Part shown: positions 10,026 to 19,963 of the stretch, in pieces
Numbering within the stretch: the stretch's first letter is position 1
Layout of the letters: each line of letters starts with the position of its first letter
DNA from: Candidatus Omnitrophota bacterium
GTDB lineage: Bacteria > Omnitrophota > Gorgyraeia > Zapsychrales > Fredricksoniimonadaceae
Assembly: GCA_015233335.1 (NCBI GenBank)
Contig: JADFXX010000002.1
Coordinates: forward strand, 891-64,890
Direction: 5' to 3'
Length of the DNA stretch: 64,000 nt
Position numbers and translations under genes: made by a program
The notes under the pieces: generated by a model
What the model was told of the DNA's origin: nothing
Database searches by the model: none
Seen by the model: the letters and a program-made list of their open reading frames with translations, nothing else

Positions 10026-10406
10026 TCACGACAGTGTAGCCGCGCTTCTGGCAGCAGCAAGATGCCCGAAGAGTTTAGGAATATCCAAAGGCTTATCCAA
10101 AACTGCCAAAGCCCCTTCCTTAAAAGCATCCTTAATGAGGGCCTCAAGAGAATACCCTGTCATTAGAATGACCGCCAGGCGAGGGGCGATTTTTTTTATT
10201 TCTTTTAAGGTCTCAACGCCATTGATACCGGGCATTTTGATATCCATTAAAACAATATCAAATTTCTCATTTCTTACTTTCTGAAGCGCTTCATAGCCGT
10301 TATGAATGATGCTTGCGTCACACTTTTCAAGCTCAAGGAGGTCTTTGAGAGTCTCTGTAAATTCGACATCATCATCAACAACGAGGATCTTAGTTTTGAG
10401 CGGCAT
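10026..10406 (-). CDS. Single-domain response regulator (CheY-like)
   Basis: The track ORF 10026..10466 overlaps the kinase gene. MPLKTKILVVDDD begins at ATG 10406, followed by DIVLMDIKMPG. The REC domain is complete. Confidence 0.8.
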   Translation of the reverse strand: MPLKTKILVVDDDVEFTETLKDLLELEKCDASIIHNGYEALQKVRNEKFDIVLMDIKMPGINGVETLKEIKKIAPRLAVILMTGYSLEALIKDAFKEGALAVLDKPLDIPKLFGHLAAARSAATLS

Positions 10407-12606
10407 GCTGTTTCTCTTTTGATGATAATTGAGGCAAATAAATGTTAAACTCTGTCCCTTTTCCAACCTGAGAAATTACTTCAATCTTCCCATGATGTAA
10501 GGCAACAATACTCGAACAAATGGCCAATCCCAAGCCTGAACCGTGTTGTTTGGTCGTAAACCCGGGCTTAAAGATCTTGTTTAAATTCTCGTGGGGAATG
10601 CCCATCCCCATATCTTTAAATATTACCACAAACCAAGGATCTTGCCAAAAAGTCTTTACCAATAATTCCCCTCCATCAGGCATCGCATCTAAAGCATTAT
10701 CGATAAGATTGATAAAAACCCTCCTCATCTGATCAGCGTCAATTTCGACCAGAGCCAGGGATTGATCCAAATAGAGTTCTTTTCGGACACCTATCGGAAA
10801 CTTTATTTTCTTTAACTCCTCGACAATAATAGCATTGATATTTTCTTTTTGCAAAACAGGCGGCTTAATCCGATTGAATGATAAAATATCCGAAATGACC
10901 TTATCTGAAATCCTGACTTCTCCCTCCAAAATATCAAGATACTTCAGAATTTTCTTTTCCTGGCTGATCTTAGGTAATTTTGATTTCAAAAAATAAACAG
11001 AATTACGTATAACCCCTAGAGAATTGCGCAACTCATGGCCCACCATCGCTGCCATTTCGCCTAAGGCCGCCATCCTCTCGGAGCGCACCAGCATATCCAA
11101 TGTCTCTTGAAGCTGGTCATAGGCATTCTTTAGTTTTATATTAGAATCCTGGAGCTTATCATTAAGCTGCAAAATCCTTTGCTCATTATTCTTCAGTTCC
11201 GTAATGTCATTGATGATCCCCACAAGAACCTTTTCCTTTGTGTTTTCCTGCACAAAAAGGACCTTTTTAGTCACAATGGTATGAACCTGTCCTTTGGCAT
11301 CGGTAAATTTTTCCTCATTGACATTGATTTGACCGCTATCAAAAACCAATTGATCCTTCTGCCAGAATACCTCAGCCTGTTCAGGAGGGAAAAAATCAAT
11401 GTCGCTTTTTCCGATAAGGTCCTCTTTATTATAGCCCATAAACTCACAATAAGAATCATTGAGAAGGATCCAACGATGGTCCTTGTCTTTCACGAAAATA
11501 GGACTGGCAATGTTATTAATAATCTGATCGAGGAACTCCCTTGCCGTTACCAGTTGGGAAGCCCTCTCCTTGACTAATTCCTCGAGATGATAACGGTGGT
11601 TTTCCAACTCTTCCTGGGCCACTTTTCTATAGGTAATATCCTGCACGACCCCAACCATGCGCTGTAATGTTCCAGATGCTCCCAGCTTATGCCGCCCAAC
11701 CACGAAGATCCAGCGAACAACCCCATCCACACGCCGGATGCGGCACTCGAAAGTCAAGTCAGACTTATTCTGGAGAGCATAACGGAACTTGCGGTCAACC
11801 AAATCTCGGTCTTCGGGCAAAACATGTTTTAAAAAAATATCATAGGTCCATGAAGGCAGAAGCTCTGTGTAGCCGAATATCTGATCGTGTTTAATCGAAC
11901 GAATCGCTTTGTGGTCAACAAGGTTTAAATCCCAGGTGCCCATATTGCTTGCTTCAAGCGCAAAGTGTTCCCGTTCTTCGCTTTCCCTCAGGTCCTTTTC
12001 AATACGCTCGCGATGAAGGATCTGTTGGGTAAGTTTCAGGTATTCTTCCTTGGCCTCGAGTTTTGTATACCCCATTTCCGATATAACACAGGCAATCTCT
12101 ACCAGCAGCCCTGTAATACTCTTAAACCGCCGCTTTGAGACCACAGGGATTTTTTTTAAGGCATCTAAATATTGCTTTTCGTTGATCCCGAATGTCCTGG
12201 CCTGCCGTTTAAATCTTTGAAGGTCCGGCGCCTTTAAAAAAAGCTGCCCTGTAACAACACTGGCCAAATGTCTGCCTCTAATGATAATCGGCGTTGCACA
12301 GTCGACCAAACCATTATCGCATTCATCGATGACAATTTTTCCGGATTCGCTTAATTGATCAAACAGGCGGGTATTGCTCTTCAAACAATTCTGGGCAGAA
12401 ATGGGACAAACCCGATGGTATTTACTGCACAGCTCACGCCAGCCTGTAGAGAAGAGCTGGTTCTTATCAGGGTGGTCGAAAAAACCGATCGGAAACCCAG
12501 TTGCACTGGTAAACATCTCAAAGATCCTGGAGAGCCTCTCTATATTCACCAGATCTTTAATGCCGTAATGAACATCGACTAGATGGTCATTCTTTTTTTG
12601 AGCCAT
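10390..12606 (-). CDS. Sensor histidine kinase with PocR, PAS, PAS, HisKA and HATPase domains
   Basis: 738 aa. PocR-like N-terminus (FPIGFFDH...WRELCSKYHRVCPISAQNCLKSN), two PAS regions, H-box MVGHELRNSL, ATPase motifs DNALDAM and GSGLGLAI. Confidence 0.85.
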   Translation of the reverse strand: MAQKKNDHLVDVHYGIKDLVNIERLSRIFEMFTSATGFPIGFFDHPDKNQLFSTGWRELCSKYHRVCPISAQNCLKSNTRLFDQLSESGKIVIDECDNGLVDCATPIIIRGRHLASVVTGQLFLKAPDLQRFKRQARTFGINEKQYLDALKKIPVVSKRRFKSITGLLVEIACVISEMGYTKLEAKEEYLKLTQQILHRERIEKDLRESEEREHFALEASNMGTWDLNLVDHKAIRSIKHDQIFGYTELLPSWTYDIFLKHVLPEDRDLVDRKFRYALQNKSDLTFECRIRRVDGVVRWIFVVGRHKLGASGTLQRMVGVVQDITYRKVAQEELENHRYHLEELVKERASQLVTAREFLDQIINNIASPIFVKDKDHRWILLNDSYCEFMGYNKEDLIGKSDIDFFPPEQAEVFWQKDQLVFDSGQINVNEEKFTDAKGQVHTIVTKKVLFVQENTKEKVLVGIINDITELKNNEQRILQLNDKLQDSNIKLKNAYDQLQETLDMLVRSERMAALGEMAAMVGHELRNSLGVIRNSVYFLKSKLPKISQEKKILKYLDILEGEVRISDKVISDILSFNRIKPPVLQKENINAIIVEELKKIKFPIGVRKELYLDQSLALVEIDADQMRRVFINLIDNALDAMPDGGELLVKTFWQDPWFVVIFKDMGMGIPHENLNKIFKPGFTTKQHGSGLGLAICSSIVALHHGKIEVISQVGKGTEFNIYLPQLSSKEKQHAAQN

Positions 12607-12645
12607 ATCTCAACTTGGAAAACCCGAGCGATTAAAAAAAGATTT

Positions 12646-13023
12646 TCAGGCCAATTGAATTTTTATGATCTCCAGCAATTTTTCCAAATCGTAAGGCTTC
12701 AAGATAAAGTCATCTGCGCCTAATTCTCGGGATTTCTTTTCAACACCTGCAGTAATATTGGCTGTTGAAACAATGATGCGCATCTGAACGATTTTGCGTG
12801 TTTTACGGATATTTTCCAACACAAAAAAACCTCCGCCGGAGGGCAGGCCAAGATCAAGGATCGCCAAATCAATGTTCTCTTTAGCGACATATTTTATAGC
12901 AAATGTTGCATCCTGCGCAATGAAAACCTTGTAGCCATGGCCGCTTAAGAATGTCGCCAGTGCCTTGACAAATGCCTGGTCATCATCAACGATAAGTATT
13001 TTTTTCGGTGTTTGATCTTCCAA
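12646..13023 (-). CDS. Single-domain response regulator
   Basis: 125 aa. KILIVDDD...LAILDLGLP...KPYDL REC signature. Confidence 0.8.
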   Translation of the reverse strand: MEDQTPKKILIVDDDQAFVKALATFLSGHGYKVFIAQDATFAIKYVAKENIDLAILDLGLPSGGGFFVLENIRKTRKIVQMRIIVSTANITAGVEKKSRELGADDFILKPYDLEKLLEIIKIQLA

Positions 13024-13028
13024 GATAA

Positions 13029-14003
13029 CTACTCCTTTGCTAATGGCAGTACGACGTTAAAAAAATTGGGGGCGCCTAATTTACTGGATGCCCAGATTTT
13101 ACCTAGATGCAGCTCCACAATATCCTTAGCAATAGATAAACCTAACCCCTGACCTTCAACGCTTTTATCCAGTCGTTCGAATTTATCAAAAATCTTTTCA
13201 AGCTTATCCTGAGGAATAGAAGTACCGTCGTTTAAAAATTCTACCCGTACAAAACCATCCGCAACAAATGCTTTAATAATAACATTGCCTCCTTCAAATG
13301 AATGCTTGATGGAATTATTAAAAAGATTATTAACGGCCCGCAGCATCTTTTCCTTATCCGCATTGATCATAATAGGCTTTAAAGGAAGCTCCAGCTTCAT
13401 GGCAACATTCTTTCTTAGAGCAACACTAGCAAGCTCCCTCTCCTGTTCTAAAAAAAGCTCCCGCAGGTCAAAAGAAGTAATTTTAAGCTTAGCTTCCCTC
13501 GCTTCAATCATATAGGTGTCGATCAACTCCATGATCATGGTGTTCATACGATCTGCTGTCTCTTTGCAGACATTAATGACTTCTTCCTGCTGTTGAGTCA
13601 ATTTTCCGAGAAAACCCGCCTTTAGGTTAGATATATTGGCCTTAACCGTCATCAGCGGACTTTTTAAGTCATGCGCCAAAGATATGGCAAAGGACGATTT
13701 AAGCTCATCCGCCCGTTTTGCCTTTGCGGCATACACAAGCGTTTTATTAACAATATTTCTAATGACATTATACGCCACGACATACCCAAAAATAAGAATA
13801 AGCCCTGTGAACAACAGGATATACATCATGCTATTTAAGTTATTATTGGCGCTGGCAACTTTATCCACTAGGACATAGGTCAGGGAAAGAACTGGGATGA
13901 CGCTGATCAGAAGAAATGAAAAATTCAAACGCCTGTAGGGGTTTTCGTTTAATTCTTTAAATAAAAGCTCTAGCTCGTTATTCTTTTTCATCTGCTTCGT
14001 CAT
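13029..14003 (-). CDS. Membrane-anchored histidine kinase
   Basis: 324 aa. Two N-terminal hydrophobic helices, H-box LAHDLKSPL, ATPase motifs NLFNNSIKH and GQGLGLSI. Confidence 0.8.
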   Translation of the reverse strand: MTKQMKKNNELELLFKELNENPYRRLNFSFLLISVIPVLSLTYVLVDKVASANNNLNSMMYILLFTGLILIFGYVVAYNVIRNIVNKTLVYAAKAKRADELKSSFAISLAHDLKSPLMTVKANISNLKAGFLGKLTQQQEEVINVCKETADRMNTMIMELIDTYMIEAREAKLKITSFDLRELFLEQERELASVALRKNVAMKLELPLKPIMINADKEKMLRAVNNLFNNSIKHSFEGGNVIIKAFVADGFVRVEFLNDGTSIPQDKLEKIFDKFERLDKSVEGQGLGLSIAKDIVELHLGKIWASSKLGAPNFFNVVLPLAKE

Positions 14004-14046
14004 TTCATAGGACCTTTAATTTGAGCCATCGTGAAATTGAATTATA

Positions 14047-14075
14047 ATTATAGCCTCTTCTTTTGCTCTTGCCAA
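14047..14075 (-). promoter_or_regulatory. Sigma70-type promoter for the kinase/regulator operon
   Basis: Minus strand reads TTGGCA (14075..14070), a 17-nt spacer, then TATAAT (14052..14047), about 45 nt upstream of the ATG at 14003. Confidence 0.5.
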
Positions 14076-14145
14076 TAAAATAAATTAAAAGGACTGAGAA
14101 ATTCCGTCGGGGACTAAAGGGCAACTCAATCCCAACCGTCTCATT

Positions 14146-15480
14146 CTAAAATTTAATCTGCAATTCACACCTAATAAAAATCGCATCGTCTTTATTTAAA
14201 TACACATCTCCCGGGACAAAATATTCTCCCAAAATATAGGCCGTTATGTTCTTATTAAACATATAGTCGAACCTCAGTTGAGGCAATTGCCCCCGATCTC
14301 TGCCTCGTCCAGAAAAGACGGCACTCACCGGTATCTCTGTATTGGCGCGAAGGTAATTATAAAACAAAGTGACTTTGGATTTTTGGGTTGGTTTTACCGC
14401 CACCGAACTTCTGAACATCTGCAAATTGGTCCAATAAGCCAATATACCGGTTTCACTCTTATAACTCAGGTTATAAAGTTCCGAATACCATGGATACCTG
14501 GAAAACAAAGGGTCCCAGGATTCATTCTTGGCCGTAGAACTGTCATCCCCGGAAAGATAAACAAATCCGGTGGTTGCAGACGGCGTCCAGGCAAGATCTT
14601 TGAAATCCCTGTCAACAAAAGCATAGCCGCCAAGACCTTGCCTGTCATTGGTTCCGTAGGTGCCGAACTGATAAGCCAACTGTCCCCTTAACGTAAAGGG
14701 AGATAAATCATATTTCGCATAAGAGCCTAAAGTGTTGATCGTTCCCTTCTGAGACTGAAAACCCGGCCCTTCAAGGCCTTCAGTTTTATAAATGTAGTAG
14801 CTTTCCAGGCCCAGATGATCGATCGCTTTATTTTTTAAATACAATACTTCTGCTGTTTCCTGGCTGCTCGTTAAGTTTGTATTGACCTTTTCTCCGTTGA
14901 TGATCGGCAGCCATTCGTCTGAACGTGGGTCGTTGATATAAATCAAATCCAAGCTATTGGACTCATCCAAGCGCCAATTAGCCTTTGCGGCGTTAAAATA
15001 AAATGATCTGGACCCGTCATTTGGAGTACCGTCAAAAATTAAAAACCCTTCGCCGTAATCTGTCAGGTCCTGACGGCCCAAACGTAAATTCACAGGCGCA
15101 GAAAAAACATTGTTAACATCTACATATAAATTATCGAAGATAACCTCGTTAATATCAAAAGGGTACCCCTTCTTTGTTTGTCCCCACATTTTACTGCTGG
15201 AAGGTGCGTAATAGGTATAAGACTTAAATTCATCAGTTAATTTAGCATATACGTCAAAATCTTTATTAAAATTAGCACTACCCCACAACGAAGTTTTGAA
15301 CCTAAAGAAACTGCGGTTATCCAACGCATCGTTATTCATGTCAAAAATATTCTTCCACAACTCATATCTTACGCGTTCGGCCCCTCCTGCGGTTAAAGCC
15401 AGATCAGCAGAAGCTTTTGGAAGAAGCAAAAAACAAACTGAAAACGAGGCAAACAAGACAAGGATTGATTTTTTAAGCAC
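14146..15480 (-). CDS. Outer-membrane beta-barrel protein, alginate-export (AlgE)-like family (tentative)
   Basis: 444 aa. Signal peptide (LLPKASA|D), alternating aromatic/hydrophilic beta-strand pattern, C-terminal ...CELQIKF with terminal Phe. Confidence 0.5.
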   Translation of the reverse strand: MLKKSILVLFASFSVCFLLLPKASADLALTAGGAERVRYELWKNIFDMNNDALDNRSFFRFKTSLWGSANFNKDFDVYAKLTDEFKSYTYYAPSSSKMWGQTKKGYPFDINEVIFDNLYVDVNNVFSAPVNLRLGRQDLTDYGEGFLIFDGTPNDGSRSFYFNAAKANWRLDESNSLDLIYINDPRSDEWLPIINGEKVNTNLTSSQETAEVLYLKNKAIDHLGLESYYIYKTEGLEGPGFQSQKGTINTLGSYAKYDLSPFTLRGQLAYQFGTYGTNDRQGLGGYAFVDRDFKDLAWTPSATTGFVYLSGDDSSTAKNESWDPLFSRYPWYSELYNLSYKSETGILAYWTNLQMFRSSVAVKPTQKSKVTLFYNYLRANTEIPVSAVFSGRGRDRGQLPQLRFDYMFNKNITAYILGEYFVPGDVYLNKDDAIFIRCELQIKF

Positions 15481-15492
15481 AGGCTCTCCTTT

Positions 15493-15879
15493 TTATTCTT
15501 GGGTTTTCTTTAAATAGGCCATCGCTTGGAATTGAGCGATGATATCACCGTTCTTATTGGTAACAACCCCCTGATAGGACCCTAATTTTCTACTACGGGA
15601 AACCTCTTTAACTTCGGCAATGATCTCTTCATGAAGGGCAACTGATTTAATAAAATGAATGTTCGCGTTGATGGCCAAACCTGATTCTTCCTTGACATTA
15701 GAGGCTAATGCAAAAGCGTAATCTACCAAAGAAAAAATCACCCCTCCATGGGCCACATCTAAACCATTAAGAAAATCAGATTGTATCACCAGTTTAGTTT
15801 TAGCATAGCCCGCCGCAACTTCAACTATTTGAGCCCCTAGATGCTTTGCAAACTTGTCATTTAATACATTACTTTCCAT
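15493..15879 (-). CDS. PaaI/hotdog-fold acyl-CoA thioesterase
   Basis: 128 aa. Motif NGLDVAHGGVIFSLVDYAFA typical of the PaaI-type thioesterase family. Adjacent to paaK. Confidence 0.7.
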   Translation of the reverse strand: MESNVLNDKFAKHLGAQIVEVAAGYAKTKLVIQSDFLNGLDVAHGGVIFSLVDYAFALASNVKEESGLAINANIHFIKSVALHEEIIAEVKEVSRSRKLGSYQGVVTNKNGDIIAQFQAMAYLKKTQE

Positions 15880-15941
15880 ACACCAGACCCCTCCAATCCT
15901 TATTCATCCAGCCGTTCATCACTCCATCATAATCAAGATTT

Positions 15942-16373
15942 TTAAAAATTTGCGATATCTTTTTTACCCACTACTCGGATATTATTTTTATTCAAAACGG
16001 CAATGGCTTTATCCAAATCGTCAAAACGAAAAACAAGGATCGCTTTATCTGCACGCTTCTCAACAAATGCATACATATATTCGATATTAATTTTATTGCC
16101 ATCCAGCACCTTTAAAACCTTAGCCAGTCCACCGGGATGATCATCCACCTCAACCGCTACAATCTCAGTGATAGAGGCCACAAAATCATGGGATTTAAGG
16201 ACCTCAAGGGCTTTCTGAGGATTATCAACGATCATGCGCAGTACTCCAAAATCTTTATTTTCCGCGATGGTCAGGGTCTTTATATCAACAGCCTTTTCAC
16301 CCAATATGCGAATGGCATCAAATAACCGTCCTTTTTTGTTTTCTAAAAAAACCGAGACTTGAGTGATTTTCAT
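15942..16373 (-). CDS. Tandem ACT-domain protein
   Basis: 143 aa. Two ACT-like repeats (ITQVSVFLENKKGRL..., VAVEVDDHPGGLAKV...). A common partner of paaK in anaerobes. Confidence 0.7.
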   Translation of the reverse strand: MKITQVSVFLENKKGRLFDAIRILGEKAVDIKTLTIAENKDFGVLRMIVDNPQKALEVLKSHDFVASITEIVAVEVDDHPGGLAKVLKVLDGNKINIEYMYAFVEKRADKAILVFRFDDLDKAIAVLNKNNIRVVGKKDIANF

Positions 16374-16397
16374 CGGCAGACCTCCCCATTTGATGCT

Positions 16398-17696
16398 TCA
16401 CAGTGATCTTTTATCAATGATACGTTTGGACTTTCCTTCACTTCTTTCAATACTCTTTGGCTCAACTAATCGGACCTTAACGCCAATACTCAGGACCGAT
16501 TCGATTTCTTTGGAAATACGCTGCTCAAAATTCTGCAACTGCTTAACCTCATCCGAGAAGAATGATTCTTTAAGCTCGACTAAGACTTCTAGACGGTCTA
16601 ATCCCTTGTGCCGTTCAACGATAATTTGGTAATGCGGCTCGGCCCCTTCGATATTTAAAAGGACCTCTTCAATCTGTGTCGGAAAAACATTGACACCGCG
16701 CACCACGATCATATCATCGGTCCGTCCTAAGACTTTACTAATACGGGGAGACGTCCGGCCGCAAGCACATTTTTCATAGTTGATCGTCACAATATCCCGG
16801 GTTCTGTAGCGAATAAGCGGCATTCCAAGCTTTGTCAAAGTAGTCACAACTAATTCACCGGGAATTCCCGGCTTTGCTTTCTTAAGGGTCTTAGGATCAA
16901 TGACTTCAGGATAAAACACATCCCAAGGCACGTGCAAACCATTCTTACAATGACATTCACAAGCAACGCCCGGACCGATGATTTCCGATAATCCGTAAAT
17001 ATCAATAGCTTCAAGGTCCCAGCGCTTCTCGATCTGCTGACGCATCGCTTCGCTCCATGGTTCAGCGCCGAAGATCCCTATCTTCCAGCTACTTTTTTTA
17101 GCGTCAATGCCTAACTCCCCGGCTGTCTCCGCCATATATAACGCATAGGAAGGCGTGCAGGCTAATACCCGCGGCCTAAAATCCTGCATAATCTTTAACT
17201 GACGCTTGGTCTGACCGGAAGAACAGGGAATGACTGTCAAGCCCAAAAGCAGACTGCCGTAATGCAATCCTAGTCCCCCGGTAAATAGTCCATACCCGTA
17301 GGCAATCTGGATCATGTCACCGGGCACGGCACCGGCACAACACAAGCTTCGGGCAATGACATTTGCCCACAGATCAAGGTCTTCTTTAGAATACCCAACA
17401 ACCGTCGGATTTCCCGTCGTACCGCTAGAAACATGGATTTCACGGATATCACTCATGGGGGCAGAAAAAATCCCAAATGGATAGGTGTCTCTTAAATCCT
17501 CTTTGACCGTAAATGGCAAATGATCGATATCATTAATCGACTTGATCTTACGAAGGATCACCCGGCTTTGGGCAAATTTCTTTTGATAAACCGGAGACTT
17601 CCTCTGCATATAATTGACAATACGACAGAGCCTTTTCGATTGAATGTCTTTTAGGGCCCGCGGGGCCAGACATTCAACCTGTTTATTAAAGATCAT
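16398..17696 (-). CDS. paaK: Phenylacetate-CoA ligase
   Basis: 432 aa. Motif HVSSGTTGNPTVVGYS plus a C-terminal PaaK-type domain. 4-nt overlap with iorB. Confidence 0.85.
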   Translation of the reverse strand: MIFNKQVECLAPRALKDIQSKRLCRIVNYMQRKSPVYQKKFAQSRVILRKIKSINDIDHLPFTVKEDLRDTYPFGIFSAPMSDIREIHVSSGTTGNPTVVGYSKEDLDLWANVIARSLCCAGAVPGDMIQIAYGYGLFTGGLGLHYGSLLLGLTVIPCSSGQTKRQLKIMQDFRPRVLACTPSYALYMAETAGELGIDAKKSSWKIGIFGAEPWSEAMRQQIEKRWDLEAIDIYGLSEIIGPGVACECHCKNGLHVPWDVFYPEVIDPKTLKKAKPGIPGELVVTTLTKLGMPLIRYRTRDIVTINYEKCACGRTSPRISKVLGRTDDMIVVRGVNVFPTQIEEVLLNIEGAEPHYQIIVERHKGLDRLEVLVELKESFFSDEVKQLQNFEQRISKEIESVLSIGVKVRLVEPKSIERSEGKSKRIIDKRSL

Positions 17697-18184
17697 CTCC
17701 TGCCTCCTTCTTGACGACCCTGTAAGAAATATTCTTTATTCTGGGCATGCCCTCTCTCAAACGTATCTTCAAGTGCCATGACCCAGGCTTCTTCCTTGAT
17801 CTTTAAATACGATGAAACCACTCCTAACATATAGGCATTAAGAAAAATCTTGTGCTCGCCAACGGCTCGATGGGCCTTATCTAAGTAGGAAAAAAGATCT
17901 ACCCCTTCTGTTTTAAGTTCAGAACGCAGTCTAGGATACTCACTTTCATACAAACAAACCAAAATATCGGTCTGTCCCTCTGGAGGAAGAGGCGAAAGAA
18001 CGCATGGGCCAAACCGCACATACGATTCGACCGAGCCGCCGCGCTGGGCCATGCCCTTGACTTCAGATTTTTTGACATGAAACCCTTCGATAAGCGCCGC
18101 CCTGGCGCAAACTTCCGAAGCGGACAAAACTCCCTGCCCGCCCACCCCGTAAAAAAGCACATTCGTTATGCTTTTATTTTTCAT
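17693..18184 (-). CDS. iorB: Indolepyruvate:ferredoxin oxidoreductase subunit beta
   Basis: 163 aa. Motif GVGGQGVLSASE...GMAQRGGSV typical of the IorB / 2-oxoacid oxidoreductase gamma-like family. Confidence 0.8.
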   Translation of the reverse strand: MKNKSITNVLFYGVGGQGVLSASEVCARAALIEGFHVKKSEVKGMAQRGGSVESYVRFGPCVLSPLPPEGQTDILVCLYESEYPRLRSELKTEGVDLFSYLDKAHRAVGEHKIFLNAYMLGVVSSYLKIKEEAWVMALEDTFERGHAQNKEYFLQGRQEGGRR

Positions 18185-19911
18185 ACAGGCACGACCGCAT
18201 TAAGGTTACAGACTTTTTGGCATAGTTCACAGCCAACGCACATCTGCTCATCGATATGGAGATTCCCATCTTTGTCTTCACTGATAGCCGGACAGTCTAA
18301 TTTCATGCAAAGACCGCATTTTTTGCAGGCCGCAGTATCTATTTTTAAAGCAGGCTTGCGCGATCGGTCAATTATTTTACAAGGATGCCGGGCAATGATG
18401 ACGGATAATTTATCTTCCTCAATCCTGGTTTTTAGCAACTTCTCAAAGGCCAAGAAATCATACGGGTCAATAACATCAACCTGGTCGGCATTCGCCGCTT
18501 TGCATATATTTTCCAAAGAAAGCTTCTTCGTCCTTATACCCTGCAAGGTCACGCCCGTTGCCGGATTTTCCTGGGCGCCGGTCATTGCCGTAATAGCGTT
18601 ATCCATAATGACCACGACCCCTTTGGTATTATTATACGCCGCGCTGATAAGGCCGCTTAAACCCGTATGGATGAAGGTAGAATCTCCAATAACAGCGACG
18701 ATTTTTTTATCCAGCGTCGTCTTGCTGATACCTTCGAAAAAAGGCACACTGGCGCCCATGCAAAGCTGGGTATGCAATGAAGCCAGGGGCTCTAAAGCTC
18801 CCAAAGTGTAGCAACCAATATCTCCTGCGACAAAAAACCGGGTCTTTTTCAAAGCGTAAAATGCCGGCCGATGGGGACATCCCGGGCAAAGCAAAGGACG
18901 CCGTCCTTTTTTGGGCTTATCCTCCCTTTCTTTACGCTCAACAATGCGTTTAACAGCGTCCGGACTTAACTCACCGCAGCGCCAGGAAGGTTTTTTACAA
19001 ACGACTGTTATCCCCTCCTGTTTTAACTGCTCTTCTAAGAACGGTTCCAACTCTTCGATCACATAAAGTTTCATTACTTTTTTCGCAAAGGCTTTAATTT
19101 TTTTGACAGGAAACGGAAAGGACATGCCGAGTGTCAGAATAGAAGCATCGGGATAAACCTCCTTGACATAAAGAGCGGAAATACCGCTGGTGATAAACCC
19201 TATCTTACGGTCCTTGATCTCCCAGTGGTTCAATGAAGTATGTTCTGCGTATTCTTTGAGTCCCAAGAGACGCTTTTCCAAATCCACATGACGGGCACGC
19301 GCGTGGCCGGGGACCATCACGTATTTGGAAGGATTCCTTTCCAAAGGACGTATAGGTGGAACATTATAAGAACCAGCAATTTCAAAAGATTCTTTAGTAT
19401 GGGAGATCCTGGTCGTTATCCTAAACAATACAGGAATATCAAACTGCTCACTAATGCGGAAAGCTTCTTCTATATAGCGGTAGGCTTCACTCGGAGAGGA
19501 AGGCTCAATCAAAGGGATCTTAGCGTAAGGAGCAACCCTTCTGGTGTCCTGCTCATTTTGCGATGAGTACATTCCCGGGTCATCCGCAACCACGACTACA
19601 AACCCCGCGTTAACACCGCTATAAGCGGTTGTCATCAGCGGATCCATGGCCACATTCAACCCGACATGCTTACAAGCTGTCAATGCCCTTTTTCCACCCA
19701 GAGAAGCACCGAAAGCCGCTTCATAGGCCACCTTTTCATTGACCGCCCATTGGGCTTCCAGACCGTCAAAAGTCCCCAAAGTCTCAAGGATCTCGGTGGA
19801 AGGCGTTCCGGGATATCCGGAGGCAAAACTTACCCCAGCCGCTTTCGCCCCCCAGGCAATGGCTTCATTGCCGGATAATAATACAATTTTATGTTGCATT
19901 GGATTAGACAT
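18181..19911 (-). CDS. iorA: Indolepyruvate:ferredoxin oxidoreductase subunit alpha
   Basis: 576 aa. TPP-binding regions (GDSTFIHTG) and C-terminal 2x[4Fe-4S] motifs CKKCGLCMKLDCP and CVGCELCQKVC. Confidence 0.85.
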   Translation of the reverse strand: MSNPMQHKIVLLSGNEAIAWGAKAAGVSFASGYPGTPSTEILETLGTFDGLEAQWAVNEKVAYEAAFGASLGGKRALTACKHVGLNVAMDPLMTTAYSGVNAGFVVVVADDPGMYSSQNEQDTRRVAPYAKIPLIEPSSPSEAYRYIEEAFRISEQFDIPVLFRITTRISHTKESFEIAGSYNVPPIRPLERNPSKYVMVPGHARARHVDLEKRLLGLKEYAEHTSLNHWEIKDRKIGFITSGISALYVKEVYPDASILTLGMSFPFPVKKIKAFAKKVMKLYVIEELEPFLEEQLKQEGITVVCKKPSWRCGELSPDAVKRIVERKEREDKPKKGRRPLLCPGCPHRPAFYALKKTRFFVAGDIGCYTLGALEPLASLHTQLCMGASVPFFEGISKTTLDKKIVAVIGDSTFIHTGLSGLISAAYNNTKGVVVIMDNAITAMTGAQENPATGVTLQGIRTKKLSLENICKAANADQVDVIDPYDFLAFEKLLKTRIEEDKLSVIIARHPCKIIDRSRKPALKIDTAACKKCGLCMKLDCPAISEDKDGNLHIDEQMCVGCELCQKVCNLNAVVPV

Positions 19912-19963
19912 TCAAAGCGAAAGATCCATATTCGCCTATGTATGAGCCGCACTCAAATCTACC

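Noticed and set aside
18077-18811. 244-aa plus-strand ORF, the longest plus-strand ORF apart from LysR
   Set aside because: It lies entirely antisense to the well-supported iorA/iorB genes. Its translation is low-complexity (Ser/Ala/Phe-rich) with no motif. It is the typical shadow ORF of a highly expressed reverse-strand gene.
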